Positions 30,226 through 42,551 of a DNA stretch of 64,000 nt are shown here, piece after piece (within the stretch, counting starts at the first letter, position 1; each line of letters begins with the position of its first letter). The notes under the pieces were generated by a model, which was not told where the DNA came from, did no database searches, and saw nothing but the letters and a program-made list of their open reading frames with translations. This DNA is from Geopsychrobacteraceae bacterium (GTDB taxonomy: Bacteria; Desulfobacterota; Desulfuromonadia; Desulfuromonadales; Geopsychrobacteraceae), in assembly GCA_963676795.2 (NCBI GenBank), contig CAXXTB010000002.1:1248001-1312000 (forward strand). Reading direction: 5' to 3'. A program made the translations under genes and the position numbers.

Positions 30226-31383
30226 TCAATCCTTTGAAGACTCAGGAGATTTCGGCCGGTTCGGCTTGCGTCTCGGCCGGCGTCTGCGCCGCGGTTTCTG
30301 CTCACCGCCTTCAGCGGTGCCTGCGTCCTTGACCTGCGCTGGCCTGCCGCTTGGCTCGTTGGGTTGTGCCGGTCTGCCGGCCTGTTCCTGCCCCTCCTTT
30401 TTGCGGCTGCGGCTGGGGCGGCGGCGTTTCTGCTGGTCTCGTTTTGGCTGGTTGCCGTCACTGGTCTCCTGCCCGGGACCGGCGCCGTCCGTGTCTTTCT
30501 CTGCGGGCCTCGAGCGCTGTTTTCTGGGCTGCTCCTGCTGGGGCTGTGAGACTTGTTGAGGCTGCTGTCTGACGCCTTCCATCTCTTTCTCGAGCTCCGC
30601 GATATGCTTGATGCAGCGGTCGCCGTTAGCACAGGCCAGGGTCACCTTCTGGGCCAGGATATCCTGGGCGATAACCTCTGCCGTGCCTGACTCGAGCTGC
30701 AGTTTTTTGCCGCACTTTGGCAGTTTTTTCTGCAGGTCGTGGTAGGTTTCGTATTCATAGGCCAGGCAGCAGAGCAGGCGGCCGCACTGGCCGGAGATCT
30801 TGGTCGGGTTGAGAGAAAGGCCCTGAGCCTTGGCCATTTTGACCGAAACGGGGGCGAAATCGCGCAGGTGGTTGCTGCAGCACAGTTCGCGGCCGCAAAT
30901 GCCGAGTCCGCCGACCAGTTTGGCCTCGTCGCGGACGCCGATCTGACGCATTTCGATGCGCGTCCGGAAGTGTTGGGCAAGATCACGGACCAGTTCACGG
31001 AAATCGATCCGTCCGTCCGCGGTAAAGTAGAAGATGATTTTGGAGCCGTCGTAGAGATATTCAGCGCGGACCAACTTCATGTCCAGGTTGCGCTGTTGGA
31101 CCCGCCCCTGGCAGTACTTGATGGCTTCCTTCTCCCGTTCTGAATTATCGTCGGCCATTTTCAGGTCATCTTCGTTGGCTTTGCGCTGAATTGGTTTGAG
31201 CTTGGGTGGCGCTTCGGAGGCCGGGATCAGCCGCGGTCCGGCGATGACGGTGCCCAGGGCCCTGCCTCTTTCGGTTTCGACGATGACCTTGTCCCCCTGT
31301 TTCAGTTCAATATCTCGCGCATCGAAATCAAACAGCTTGCCTGCCGTGTGAAACGAAATGCTGACTATGTTCAGTTGGTCCAT
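30226..31383 (-). CDS. ricT: PSP1/RicT (YaaT) family protein with a long Arg/Gln-rich tail
   Basis: FTADGRIDFRELV, RIEMRQIGVRDEA, CGRELCC, KISGQCGRLLCCLAYE. Confidence 0.88.
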   Translation of the reverse strand: MDQLNIVSISFHTAGKLFDFDARDIELKQGDKVIVETERGRALGTVIAGPRLIPASEAPPKLKPIQRKANEDDLKMADDNSEREKEAIKYCQGRVQQRNLDMKLVRAEYLYDGSKIIFYFTADGRIDFRELVRDLAQHFRTRIEMRQIGVRDEAKLVGGLGICGRELCCSNHLRDFAPVSVKMAKAQGLSLNPTKISGQCGRLLCCLAYEYETYHDLQKKLPKCGKKLQLESGTAEVIAQDILAQKVTLACANGDRCIKHIAELEKEMEGVRQQPQQVSQPQQEQPRKQRSRPAEKDTDGAGPGQETSDGNQPKRDQQKRRRPSRSRKKEGQEQAGRPAQPNEPSGRPAQVKDAGTAEGGEQKPRRRRRPRRKPNRPKSPESSKD

Positions 31384-31399
31384 AAATGTTTGCCTTATG

Positions 31400-32371
31400 C
31401 TAAGCCGCTGTCATCCGCAGTAACATCACTTCCAGGGCCAGTTGCCTGTTGACGTTACGTTGCAGATGGTAGCGTGCAGCGGATAATGCTTCCAGTTTTT
31501 TTAACAGCTTGGCTGTCGTCAGTTGCTGAGCCTGCCGGTCCAGCGTTTCCAGCAGGTCGAGATTGACCAGTTCCTGTTCCGGACGCCCCTGTTTGAGCAG
31601 CAGCAGGTCGCGATAGAAGGCCTGAAAGATATCGAGGATTTCAGGCAGTAACTCCTTGTTTGAGGAGAGTTCTTCGGCAAAGTTCAGAGTCTGAATATTA
31701 CTGCCTGCCGACAGGGCTGACAAGGAATGAATCAGCTCCCGGCGTTTTTCGAGATAGAGTTCGCGGTCCTGGCCGAGCCCCTTCTTGAAGCTGCCGCCGG
31801 ACAGGGCAGCCAGAACCTGAGCCTGGGTATCGCTCAGTTCCAGCTTCTGTTGCAGGATCTCGGCAACCTGAGACTGCGGGAGGCGCGAAAAGGTCAGCTT
31901 CTGACAGCGCGAGCGGATCGTCGTCAGTAATTTTTCCCCCTGACTGGATATCAGAATGATGACGGTCTGAGGCTGTGGTTCTTCCAGGGTTTTGAGCAGC
32001 GCGTTGCCGGCACCGGTCGTCAGCTGCTCGGCGTCGTCAATCAGGCAGAAGCGGTAACGTCCCTCCAGCGGACGTAAAGAGAGCTGCTGCTGCAGGGCCC
32101 GGATCTGCTCGATCTTGATCGTACCTCCGTCGGCGTCAATAATGTGCACGTCGGGGTGGTTGTTGTGATCCACCTTGCGACAGGCGCTGCAGGAGCCGCA
32201 GCCATTGCCCTTGAGGCAGAGCAGGGCTCTGGCGAATGAGAGTGCGGTCAGGCGCTTGCCGACCCCGTCCGGCCCCTCGAACAGGTAGGCGTGGGCAATG
32301 CGCTCATTACTGATGGCGCGGGAAAGCAGGTCTTTTTGTTGGGCATGGCCGGTTATGGCTGCAAATGTCAT
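31400..32371 (-). CDS. holB: DNA polymerase III delta' subunit
   Basis: HAYLFEGPDGVGK; zinc cysteines C..CGSCSAC; HPD; NALLKTLEEP; TIRSRC. Confidence 0.92.
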   Translation of the reverse strand: MTFAAITGHAQQKDLLSRAISNERIAHAYLFEGPDGVGKRLTALSFARALLCLKGNGCGSCSACRKVDHNNHPDVHIIDADGGTIKIEQIRALQQQLSLRPLEGRYRFCLIDDAEQLTTGAGNALLKTLEEPQPQTVIILISSQGEKLLTTIRSRCQKLTFSRLPQSQVAEILQQKLELSDTQAQVLAALSGGSFKKGLGQDRELYLEKRRELIHSLSALSAGSNIQTLNFAEELSSNKELLPEILDIFQAFYRDLLLLKQGRPEQELVNLDLLETLDRQAQQLTTAKLLKKLEALSAARYHLQRNVNRQLALEVMLLRMTAA

Positions 32372-32542
32372 GGTGTCTTTTGGGTAAAAGAAGAACGGAA
32401 GACGAATATTAAGTTGCGGCATTATAGGGAAAGGGGCAGGGTTGAATCAAGTTTAAAGGGGCGACGGTCAATATGAAACAATTTGAATTGCTTTGGTAGT
32501 TCCGTTATACTGACCGGCCATTTCAAAGGAGAGCGACCTTTC

Positions 32543-33238
32543 ATGTGCGACCTGACTAGACTTGAAGACACTCTGGGCTATCATTTCAGGAACCCGGAGT
32601 TGCCGCTGCAGGCTCTGACCCATAAATCCTTTGCCAATGAACAGGGTTCATCCGTGGATCATAACGAGCGTCTCGAATTCCTCGGGGACGCGGTGCTCGA
32701 GCTTGCTGTCAGCGATCTGGTCTATCAGCGCTATCCCGATATCCCCGAAGGCGGTCTGACTCGTATCCGCGCCGAGGTGGTCAGCGAGGCCGGCCTTTCG
32801 GCGCTGGCCCGTAGCCTTGATCTCGGTGGTGAATTGAGGTTGGGCAAGGGGGAGCTGAAGAGCGGCGGTCAGGACAAGCCGAGTGTTCTTTCCGACGCCT
32901 TCGAAGCACTGCTCGGCGCTGTCTATCTGGATAGCGGCCTCGAAGCGGCCCAGCAGGTCGTCGACCGGGTGTTTTCCGGGGCGATTGCAGAAGCTGCCCA
33001 GTTGCGCTATGGCAGCGATTACAAGACCTGCCTTCAGGAGCGTCTGCAGTCACGATTTAACGAACTGCCCAATTACGAGATGGTCGAGATCAGCGGTCCC
33101 GACCATGACCGGCAGTTTTTTGTGGAAGTCCGATTTCAGGGGAAACTTCTCGGCAGAGGGAAGGGTCCCAGCAAGAAACGCGCTGAGCAGCAGGCGGCTG
33201 CTTCAGCGCTGGAACATCCCTCTGTCAGAGAGTTGTAG
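32543..33238 (+). CDS. rnc: Ribonuclease III
   Basis: ALTHKS, NERLEFLGDAVL, DAFEALLGAVYLD; dsRBD DYKT.LQE..GPDH..SKKRAEQ. Confidence 0.96.
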   Translation: MCDLTRLEDTLGYHFRNPELPLQALTHKSFANEQGSSVDHNERLEFLGDAVLELAVSDLVYQRYPDIPEGGLTRIRAEVVSEAGLSALARSLDLGGELRLGKGELKSGGQDKPSVLSDAFEALLGAVYLDSGLEAAQQVVDRVFSGAIAEAAQLRYGSDYKTCLQERLQSRFNELPNYEMVEISGPDHDRQFFVEVRFQGKLLGRGKGPSKKRAEQQAAASALEHPSVREL

Positions 33239-33249
33239 AGTCATAAAGT

Positions 33250-34152
33250 ATGAGTGAAGAAAATTTTGTTTCGGGGTTTGTCTCGATTATTGGACGACCT
33301 AATGTCGGCAAGTCGACCCTGCTCAATCGTATTCTGGGGCAGAAGATCGCCATTACCTCCAACAAGCCGCAGACGACGCGCAACCGGATTCTCGGCGTGC
33401 ATAATTTCGAGGGCGGCCAGGCGCTGTTTGTCGATACCCCGGGCATTCACAAGGCCAAGGGCAAGCTCAACCGTTTCATGGTCGAGCAGGCCGTTTCGGC
33501 CTGTTCCGACGTCGACCTGATCCTCTTTCTGGTCGAAGCGGACGGCGGTCTCGGTGGCGGTGATGAATATATTCTCCAGCTGCTGGAAAAAAGCCGGGTT
33601 CCGGTTTTTCTGGTCATCAACAAGATCGACCTGGTCGAACGGCCGAACCTGCTGGCGATGATCCAGGATTACAGCGCACGTTTCGATTTTGAACAGGTCA
33701 TTCCGCTGTCGGCGCGTACCGGCGACGGTGTCGAACTGTTGCTCAAGGGGATCGAGCCTTATCTCAAGCCGGGGCCGCAATATTACCCCGACGACATGAT
33801 CACCGACCAGCCGGAGCGTGTCATTGCGGCGGAACTGGTGCGCGAAAAGATCATGCGCAGGACCTCGGAGGAGATTCCCTATGGTGTCGGTGTCAAGGTC
33901 GAACTCTTTGAGGAAAAGCCGGAGAAGGATCTTGTTGTCATCCACGCGACCATCCATGTTGAGCGCGACAGTCATAAAAAGATTATTGTCGGCAAAAGCG
34001 GTCAGATGATCAAAGCGCTGGGGCAGGAAGCACGCAAGGATATCGAACGTCTGCTCGGAACCAGGGTCTACCTGGAACTGTTCGTACGTGTTGATAAAAA
34101 CTGGAGCCAGAACGAGCGGATGCTCAAAGAGCTTGGCTACAGTGATCGTTAA
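33250..34152 (+). CDS. era: GTPase Era
   Basis: [29 protein letters not shown] domain. Confidence 0.96.
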   Translation: MSEENFVSGFVSIIGRPNVGKSTLLNRILGQKIAITSNKPQTTRNRILGVHNFEGGQALFVDTPGIHKAKGKLNRFMVEQAVSACSDVDLILFLVEADGGLGGGDEYILQLLEKSRVPVFLVINKIDLVERPNLLAMIQDYSARFDFEQVIPLSARTGDGVELLLKGIEPYLKPGPQYYPDDMITDQPERVIAAELVREKIMRRTSEEIPYGVGVKVELFEEKPEKDLVVIHATIHVERDSHKKIIVGKSGQMIKALGQEARKDIERLLGTRVYLELFVRVDKNWSQNERMLKELGYSDR

Positions 34153-34176
34153 ACTTAAATTCGTCAGGATTCAATA

Positions 34177-35499
34177 GTGAAAACCGTCGCTCTCGTTGGC
34201 CGCCCGAATGTCGGCAAGTCCACACTTTTCAATCGTTTGCTTGGTCAGCGTAAAGCGATCGTTGAAGATTTTCCCGGTGTCACCCGCGATCGTCATTACG
34301 CGGAAGTGACCCGCTTCAAAAAGCCTTTTCTGCTGATCGATACCGGTGGTTTCGAGCCGGCCAGCAGTGACCGCCTTCTGTCGCAGATGCGTGAACAGTC
34401 GCAACTGGCGGTTGAAGAGGCGGATATTATCCTCTATGTAATGGATGTCAAGGACGGCCTGACCGCATCCGATGTCGAGATCGCCAAGATGCTGCGCAAG
34501 GTCGATAAGCCGGTTCTCTATCTGGTCAACAAGGTCGACGGGGAGAAGCAGGAGACTGCAGCGACAGAATTCTATTCCCTCGGTATCGAGGAGTTTTTGA
34601 CCCTTTCCGCTGAACACGGCCGCGGCATTAACGATCTGGTTGAAAACCTGGAGGCGCTATTGCCCGACGAATCTGTCAGTGACGAGCAGGTCACTGAGGT
34701 GCGCATGGCGCTGATCGGCCGGCCGAATGTCGGCAAGTCTTCTCTGGTCAATCGTCTTCTCGGTTATGAGAGGGTTGTCGCCAACCCGGTCGCAGGAACG
34801 ACCCGTGACAGTATCGATACCCCTTTTACCTACAACGGCCAGCGCTATGTGTTGATTGATACCGCCGGGATCCGGCGCAAGGGGAAGGTGACAGTGGCCC
34901 TGGAAAAATACAGCGCCATCACCTCGCTCAAAGCGATGGACCGTGCTCACGTGGTCCTCATGGTCCTTGATGCCGAAGAGGGGGTGACCGATCAGGATCT
35001 GGCTGTCGCCGGCTATGCCTATGAAAAGGGGCGCGCACTGATTCTGATCGTCAATAAGTGGGATATCCCGGAAAAAGATGACCAGACCATGGGCAAGTTT
35101 GTCGAAGAGGTGCGCAGGCGCTTCAAGTTTCTGCCCTTTGCGCCGCTGCTGTTCGTGTCCGCTCTGACCGGACAGCGCGTCAACAGGATCATGCCGAAGG
35201 TCGAAGAAGTCGCTGAGGAGTTCAATCGCCGGATCACCACCGGCCAGCTCAACCAGGGACTGGAGGAGTTTGTCGCCAAACATGCTCCGGCCATGGTTGC
35301 CGGTCGCCAGACCAAGTTTTATTATGCTGCTCAGGGTGCGGTCCGGCCGCCGAGTTTTGTTATTTTTACCAACCGGCCGGCCGATATCCATTTTTCGTAC
35401 CAGCGCTATCTGATCAATTGCTTTAGAGAAAAATTTAATTTTAATCAGGTGCCAATTCGTTTACAGTTCAAGGGGCGCGGCAAACAAGCCGAAAAATGA
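34177..35499 (+). CDS. der: Ribosome biogenesis GTPase Der (EngA)
   Basis: Two G domains, each with [14 protein letters not shown] and GTTRD. Confidence 0.96.
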   Translation: MKTVALVGRPNVGKSTLFNRLLGQRKAIVEDFPGVTRDRHYAEVTRFKKPFLLIDTGGFEPASSDRLLSQMREQSQLAVEEADIILYVMDVKDGLTASDVEIAKMLRKVDKPVLYLVNKVDGEKQETAATEFYSLGIEEFLTLSAEHGRGINDLVENLEALLPDESVSDEQVTEVRMALIGRPNVGKSSLVNRLLGYERVVANPVAGTTRDSIDTPFTYNGQRYVLIDTAGIRRKGKVTVALEKYSAITSLKAMDRAHVVLMVLDAEEGVTDQDLAVAGYAYEKGRALILIVNKWDIPEKDDQTMGKFVEEVRRRFKFLPFAPLLFVSALTGQRVNRIMPKVEEVAEEFNRRITTGQLNQGLEEFVAKHAPAMVAGRQTKFYYAAQGAVRPPSFVIFTNRPADIHFSYQRYLINCFREKFNFNQVPIRLQFKGRGKQAEK

Positions 35500-35522
35500 A
35501 AACATAATTGAGGGGTGCTGAG

Positions 35523-36596
35523 ATGACGCTTGAAGGCTATCTGGAAGATCTCAACATCAAGGACCTGCTTCAGCTGCTTAGCCTGAGCAAGAAGTCGGGG
35601 ACTTTGTCACTGAAAAGTCGTGACGCTGAGGGGCAGGTCTGTTTCCATAACGGGCAGGTGATCCGTGCTTTTTCCAGTCAGTATCAGGAAGGACTCGGAC
35701 AGCTGCTGAAAAAACACGAGCTCGTGTCTCAGGAGCAGATCGACAAGGCTCTGGTCTGTCAGAAATCACTGCCATCCCACCAGCCGCTCGGCAAGATACT
35801 TGCCGAGCAGTTCAGTATTCCGGCGACAATTATCGAAAAGATTGTCGCCAGCCAGATTGAAAAAATTGTTTTCAGTTTTTTTGCCTGGCAGACAGGGCGT
35901 TTTACCTTTGCGTTGCATACTCCAGAATCCTTCGGCACGGCTCAGTTCAATCCTCTCGACTTCATGCTGACGGAAGGGCTGAGCTCGGAGTTGCTGGCGT
36001 TAAAAGGGAATCAGCTTTCCAATAACACCGGGCAAACACTGGATGAGCGTGGTCTGGAGGCAGAGTTGGTCAGGCGTGAGCAGCATTATGATCTCAAGGG
36101 TGTCAGTCTGCTGCGTGGAATGCTGGCCGAGCTTGAACATCCTGAGTTCGGTGGCGGAATCATCCTGCTGATTCTGCGCTATGCCAGCGAAGTAATGAGC
36201 CGGGCTATCATCTTCGACCTGCGCGGCAGGCAGTTGGTCGGACTTGGTCAATTCGGTTTCAATGCCCAGTATCGCAATGCGGATCAGATGGTCCGGATGA
36301 TGCGCCTGCAGATTGACAACGATTCGCTCTTTGAGCGTGTCATGCGCGAACGACGCGGCTTTGTCGCCGGGTTGGGTGATACTGCCGCAGAGCGGCAACT
36401 GCAGGAGATGCTTGGTAAGCCGTCTGGCGAAGTTTTCGCCGGACCTTTATTGAACGATGGCAAGGTTATCGCCGTTCTTATCGGCGACAACCATCCGAAC
36501 CATGAGCCGTTTGCCGTCCTCGATTCTTTTCAGGTCTTTCTTTCGCAGGCCGGGCTGGCGCTGGAGCATGCCCTTTACGGAAAGTCACAACTATAA
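35523..36596 (+). CDS. DUF4388 (PATAN-like) protein with C-terminal GAF-like domain
   Basis: MTLEGYLEDL.I.DLLQLLSLSKKSGTL; PLGKIL; FAWQTGRF; C-terminal GPLL..GKVIAVLIGDN..FLSQAGLALE. Confidence 0.75.
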   Translation: MTLEGYLEDLNIKDLLQLLSLSKKSGTLSLKSRDAEGQVCFHNGQVIRAFSSQYQEGLGQLLKKHELVSQEQIDKALVCQKSLPSHQPLGKILAEQFSIPATIIEKIVASQIEKIVFSFFAWQTGRFTFALHTPESFGTAQFNPLDFMLTEGLSSELLALKGNQLSNNTGQTLDERGLEAELVRREQHYDLKGVSLLRGMLAELEHPEFGGGIILLILRYASEVMSRAIIFDLRGRQLVGLGQFGFNAQYRNADQMVRMMRLQIDNDSLFERVMRERRGFVAGLGDTAAERQLQEMLGKPSGEVFAGPLLNDGKVIAVLIGDNHPNHEPFAVLDSFQVFLSQAGLALEHALYGKSQL

Positions 36597-36655
36597 AGAA
36601 TTTTTAGGATCTTCTGTTATACTCAATACAATGCGATTTGCAAGGAGGTCAGTGC

Positions 36656-37024
36656 ATGCCGGAAAAGATTCTTATCGTTGAAGATGAAGAAAGTCTGTTG
36701 AAACTGGAAAGTATCCTGTTGACAACAAAAGGTTACCTGGTCCGGGGGGCAACGACAGGTACGGCAGCTCTTGAAGCTATAGCCGAAGAGAAGCCGGATC
36801 TGGTCCTGCTTGACATCATGCTGCCGGGACTCGATGGTTTTTCGGTGTGTGAGAAGATCAAGCAGAATCCTGAAACCTCTCATATTCCGGTGATTCTGCT
36901 GACCGCAAAGAAAACCCCTGAGGATCTGGCCCGCGGCGAAGCTGTCGGTGCTGACCAGTATATCACCAAGCCTTTTAAGTCAGCCATGGTTATGGATGTG
37001 ATCGACAGGCTGATCAAGAAATAG
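36656..37024 (+). CDS. Single-domain response regulator
   Basis: ILIVEDE, LLDIMLP, LTAK, YITKPF. Confidence 0.9.
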   Translation: MPEKILIVEDEESLLKLESILLTTKGYLVRGATTGTAALEAIAEEKPDLVLLDIMLPGLDGFSVCEKIKQNPETSHIPVILLTAKKTPEDLARGEAVGADQYITKPFKSAMVMDVIDRLIKK

Positions 37025-37041
37025 ACAAGCTTAGTGTTTAT

Positions 37042-37070
37042 AAAAATCCCGGCTGTTGTCGGGATTTTTT
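37042..37070 (+). terminator. Intrinsic terminator
   Basis: AAAAATCCCGGC-tgtt-GTCGGGATTTTTT. Confidence 0.7.
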
Positions 37071-37139
37071 ATGCTCTGTTTTTGTCCTTGCAGCATCTCG
37101 GATATTCGCTATATTTATAACGAAATTCCGGAGATAACC

Positions 37140-37526
37140 ATGAAATACAGGATACTGATTGTTGATGATTCAGCCATGATGAGACAGTTTGTTACTGTCT
37201 CTCTTTCCGCCGTTCCTGGATTGTTCTGCGATCAGGCGGGTGATGGAATGCAGGCGCTGAAGATGCTCGCAGCAGGTCGGTACGATATTCTGATTACAGA
37301 TATCAATATGCCGCAGATTGATGGACTGAAACTGCTTGAACTGGTACGCAAGGATCCTCAGTATTGCAATCTGCCGGTGGTTGTTGTGACCACGGAAGGC
37401 GCTGATCCGAGCCGTGATGCAGCGCTTGCCGCCGGGGCGGATGAGTATCTGACCAAGCCGCTGCAGACCGGGAAGCTGGTCAAGACGGTGAGGAAAATGC
37501 TCGATCCTGAAAATAGGCGTCACTGA
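37140..37526 (+). CDS. CheY-like single-domain response regulator
   Basis: ILIVDDS, ITDINMP, VTTEG, YLTKP. Confidence 0.88.
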   Translation: MKYRILIVDDSAMMRQFVTVSLSAVPGLFCDQAGDGMQALKMLAAGRYDILITDINMPQIDGLKLLELVRKDPQYCNLPVVVVTTEGADPSRDAALAAGADEYLTKPLQTGKLVKTVRKMLDPENRRH

Positions 37527-37618
37527 TTCGGTCGCTTGGACTTGACAGCTCTGGACGAACATGTAATAAGACGCATCGATATTCATTTTGTCTTCATTCT
37601 GACTTTGCGGAGGAAACG

Positions 37619-37837
37619 TTGGCTAAAGAAGAAGCAATTGAAGTGGAAGGAACTGTCGTTGAGCCCTTGCCCAACGCCATGTTCAGGGTCAAACTCGACA
37701 ACGATCATGTTGTTCTGGCCCATATTTCCGGAAAAATGAGAAAGTACTACATCCGTATTCTGCCGGGAGATCGCGTGACCGTCGAGCTTTCCCCCTATGA
37801 CCTGACTCGCGGACGGATTACTTACCGGGCGAAATAG
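37619..37837 (+). CDS. infA: Translation initiation factor IF-1
   Basis: [40 protein letters not shown] start after GGAGG. Confidence 0.97.
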   Translation: MAKEEAIEVEGTVVEPLPNAMFRVKLDNDHVVLAHISGKMRKYYIRILPGDRVTVELSPYDLTRGRITYRAK

Positions 37838-37985
37838 ATAGTCTGCTGCCCGCTATTTGTAGCAGCAGGAGCTCGTCTCATCATTTCTGTATGTCATAAA
37901 TCGATACCGGCCTGTGCCGGTTTTCGTGTATATAATTCATTTATTTTCTATTCTAAGGCAGTGCGCGTCTCACTGCGGAGGCGAT

Positions 37986-40540
<2,555 letters not shown>

Positions 40541-40541
<1 letters not shown>

Positions 40542-41047
40542 TGAGGCGCGTACTCTTTGCGTTTGTCATTTGTACCCTGCTCGCCTCCTGTGGATATCAT
40601 CTGCCCGGGCAGGGGGGCGTCCTTGCGCAGGGGGGGGCAGTTTATCTCCCTCTCTTCGAAAACCGTAGCTCTGAGCCTCTGCTCGAGCAGTTGGCGACCA
40701 GCTGCCTGTCTGAGGAACTGTCAAGAAATTCCAGAGTCAGGCTGGTTGAGCGTTCTGATGTATCCGACATGGTCCTGCGTGGCTCAGTCAGCAGGTACGT
40801 GCGCTCCGCTTTGGCCTATGATTCTGCTGATAATATTGCTCTTTATCGCCTGACCATTGCGTTGCATGCCGAGCTGATGAATGTTGCCGACAAGCAGATT
40901 GTCTGGCAGGGTGATCTGATCAGGAGCGAGAATTTTTACGCAGATTCCAACAAGATGCTTCAGGATGATCGTGAAGAGAATGCGAAAAAGGTTCTGATGC
41001 AGCGGCTGGTCGAAGATCTTTACGATCAGCTAGTCGACGATTTTTAA
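40541..41047 (+). CDS. lptE: LPS assembly lipoprotein LptE
   Basis: Lipobox LASC-GYH; position in leuS-lptE-holA. Confidence 0.82.
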
Positions 41048-41058
41048 GGATTTCAGCA

Positions 41059-42057
41059 ATGACTTCAGAAGAATTCTTCCGCCTGCTCAGGCAGGGCCAG
41101 ATTCCGGAGGTTATTGTTCTGAGCGGCAATGAGCCGTTTTTGATCGATCGTGCCCGTAAGGCCGTGCGCTCTGCCGTCTTTGGCGCCGGCAAAGATGATT
41201 TCAATGACAATCAGTTCGAGGCCAAAGGTACGAGCGCCGAAGCCGTGATCGAGACTGCGGTTACGCTGCCGGTTTTTGCCGTCAGACGACTGGTGACCGT
41301 CAAGGATATTCACCAGTGGCCAGCAGCAGAACTGGACCTGCTGTTAAGCTACATTGAACGGCCTGTCCCTGAGACCTGTCTGCTCCTGACCGCTGAGAAA
41401 CTTGACAGTCGACGCAAGTCGACCCAGCTTCTGAAAAAAGCATCAGCTTTTGTTGAGTTCAAACCGCTGGCAGAACGGGAGCTGCCCGGTTACATTTCCC
41501 AATACCTGCGTCAACACGATTTTGCCATGACCTCTGACGCACTTGTGTTGTTCTGCTCGATGGTCAGCGGCAGTCTACATGACGTTCATTCTGAACTGGA
41601 AAAATTGATCGTTTTTCTCGGGGAGAAGCGTCTGATCGATATTGCCGAAGTGCAGGCCGTTGTCTCCAGGGGAAGGGCGGAAAACATTTTTGAACTAGGT
41701 CATGCCGTCGGTCGTGGCGATGCTGCTACGGCCCTGCGTGTTGTGGCTCGTCTGACCTCGTGCGGAGAACCTCCGTTGCGGATCCTGACGTTGCTGGTCA
41801 GACATTTCAGGCAGATGTGGAAGGTCAGGGAGCTTCAGGTCCAGCGTTGCCCGGAAAAGGAGATTCCTGCCATGGCCGGAGTTCCGTACTTTGCAGTCAG
41901 TGATCTGTTGAAACAGGGAAAACGTTTTTCGCGGGTCGATTTTATGGCGGGTTATGAGATGTTTCTCGAGACTGATCTTGCTATGAAGTCGAGTGGTGCA
42001 GATGCTGATGCTCTGCTCGAGTCCCTGGTTTTGCAGTTGGCTGCCCGTAAGCGTTAA
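41059..42057 (+). CDS. holA: DNA polymerase III delta subunit
   Basis: LSGNEPFL, TLPVFA.RRLV, ELEKL, ENIFEL, DLAMKS; conserved gene order. Confidence 0.9.
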   Translation: MTSEEFFRLLRQGQIPEVIVLSGNEPFLIDRARKAVRSAVFGAGKDDFNDNQFEAKGTSAEAVIETAVTLPVFAVRRLVTVKDIHQWPAAELDLLLSYIERPVPETCLLLTAEKLDSRRKSTQLLKKASAFVEFKPLAERELPGYISQYLRQHDFAMTSDALVLFCSMVSGSLHDVHSELEKLIVFLGEKRLIDIAEVQAVVSRGRAENIFELGHAVGRGDAATALRVVARLTSCGEPPLRILTLLVRHFRQMWKVRELQVQRCPEKEIPAMAGVPYFAVSDLLKQGKRFSRVDFMAGYEMFLETDLAMKSSGADADALLESLVLQLAARKR

Positions 42058-42060
42058 GCT

Positions 42061-42100
42061 GACAAACAAAAAGGCCGCAGATGCGGCCTTTTTGTTTGTC
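42061..42100. terminator. Bidirectional intrinsic terminator (holA/rpsT)
   Basis: GACAAACAAAAAGGCCGCA-ga-TGCGGCCTTTTTGTTTGTC. Confidence 0.85.
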
Positions 42101-42125
42101 TTGTATCTTGTATGTCTACATCTTG

Positions 42126-42389
42126 TTATGCAAGAGTATTGACCAGTTTGGACAGGCGTGAAATCTTGCGGCTGGCGGTCGCTTTGTGAATGACGCCTTT
42201 GGTTGCAGTTTTGTCGATATATGGAACTGCCTTTGCCAGAGCCGCAGCAGCTGCTTCTTTGTCGCCGGCAGTGACTGCTTCACGTACGTTTTTTACCAGG
42301 GTGCGCATGGTGGAGCGAATATGGGTGTTGCGAGCATTGCGGGCAGTGTTCTGCTTGATACGCTTGAGAGCCGATTTATGATTGGCCAC
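42126..42389 (-). CDS. rpsT: 30S ribosomal protein S20
   Basis: [10 protein letters not shown]...[16 protein letters not shown]. Confidence 0.97.
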   Translation of the reverse strand: MANHKSALKRIKQNTARNARNTHIRSTMRTLVKNVREAVTAGDKEAAAAALAKAVPYIDKTATKGVIHKATASRKISRLSKLVNTLA

Positions 42390-42551
42390 GATTTATTCTC
42401 CTTGTGAATATTTTTTATGGTCCTGCTGAAAGCTCGCTGATACTAGTTGATGGATGGTTTTTCTGTCAAGTTAAAAAGCGCTAAGTCGCATTTAAAAAAA
42501 TGCATAATTTCAATTAATTACGTAAATAGACTCTGGGATTAAAAATATATA

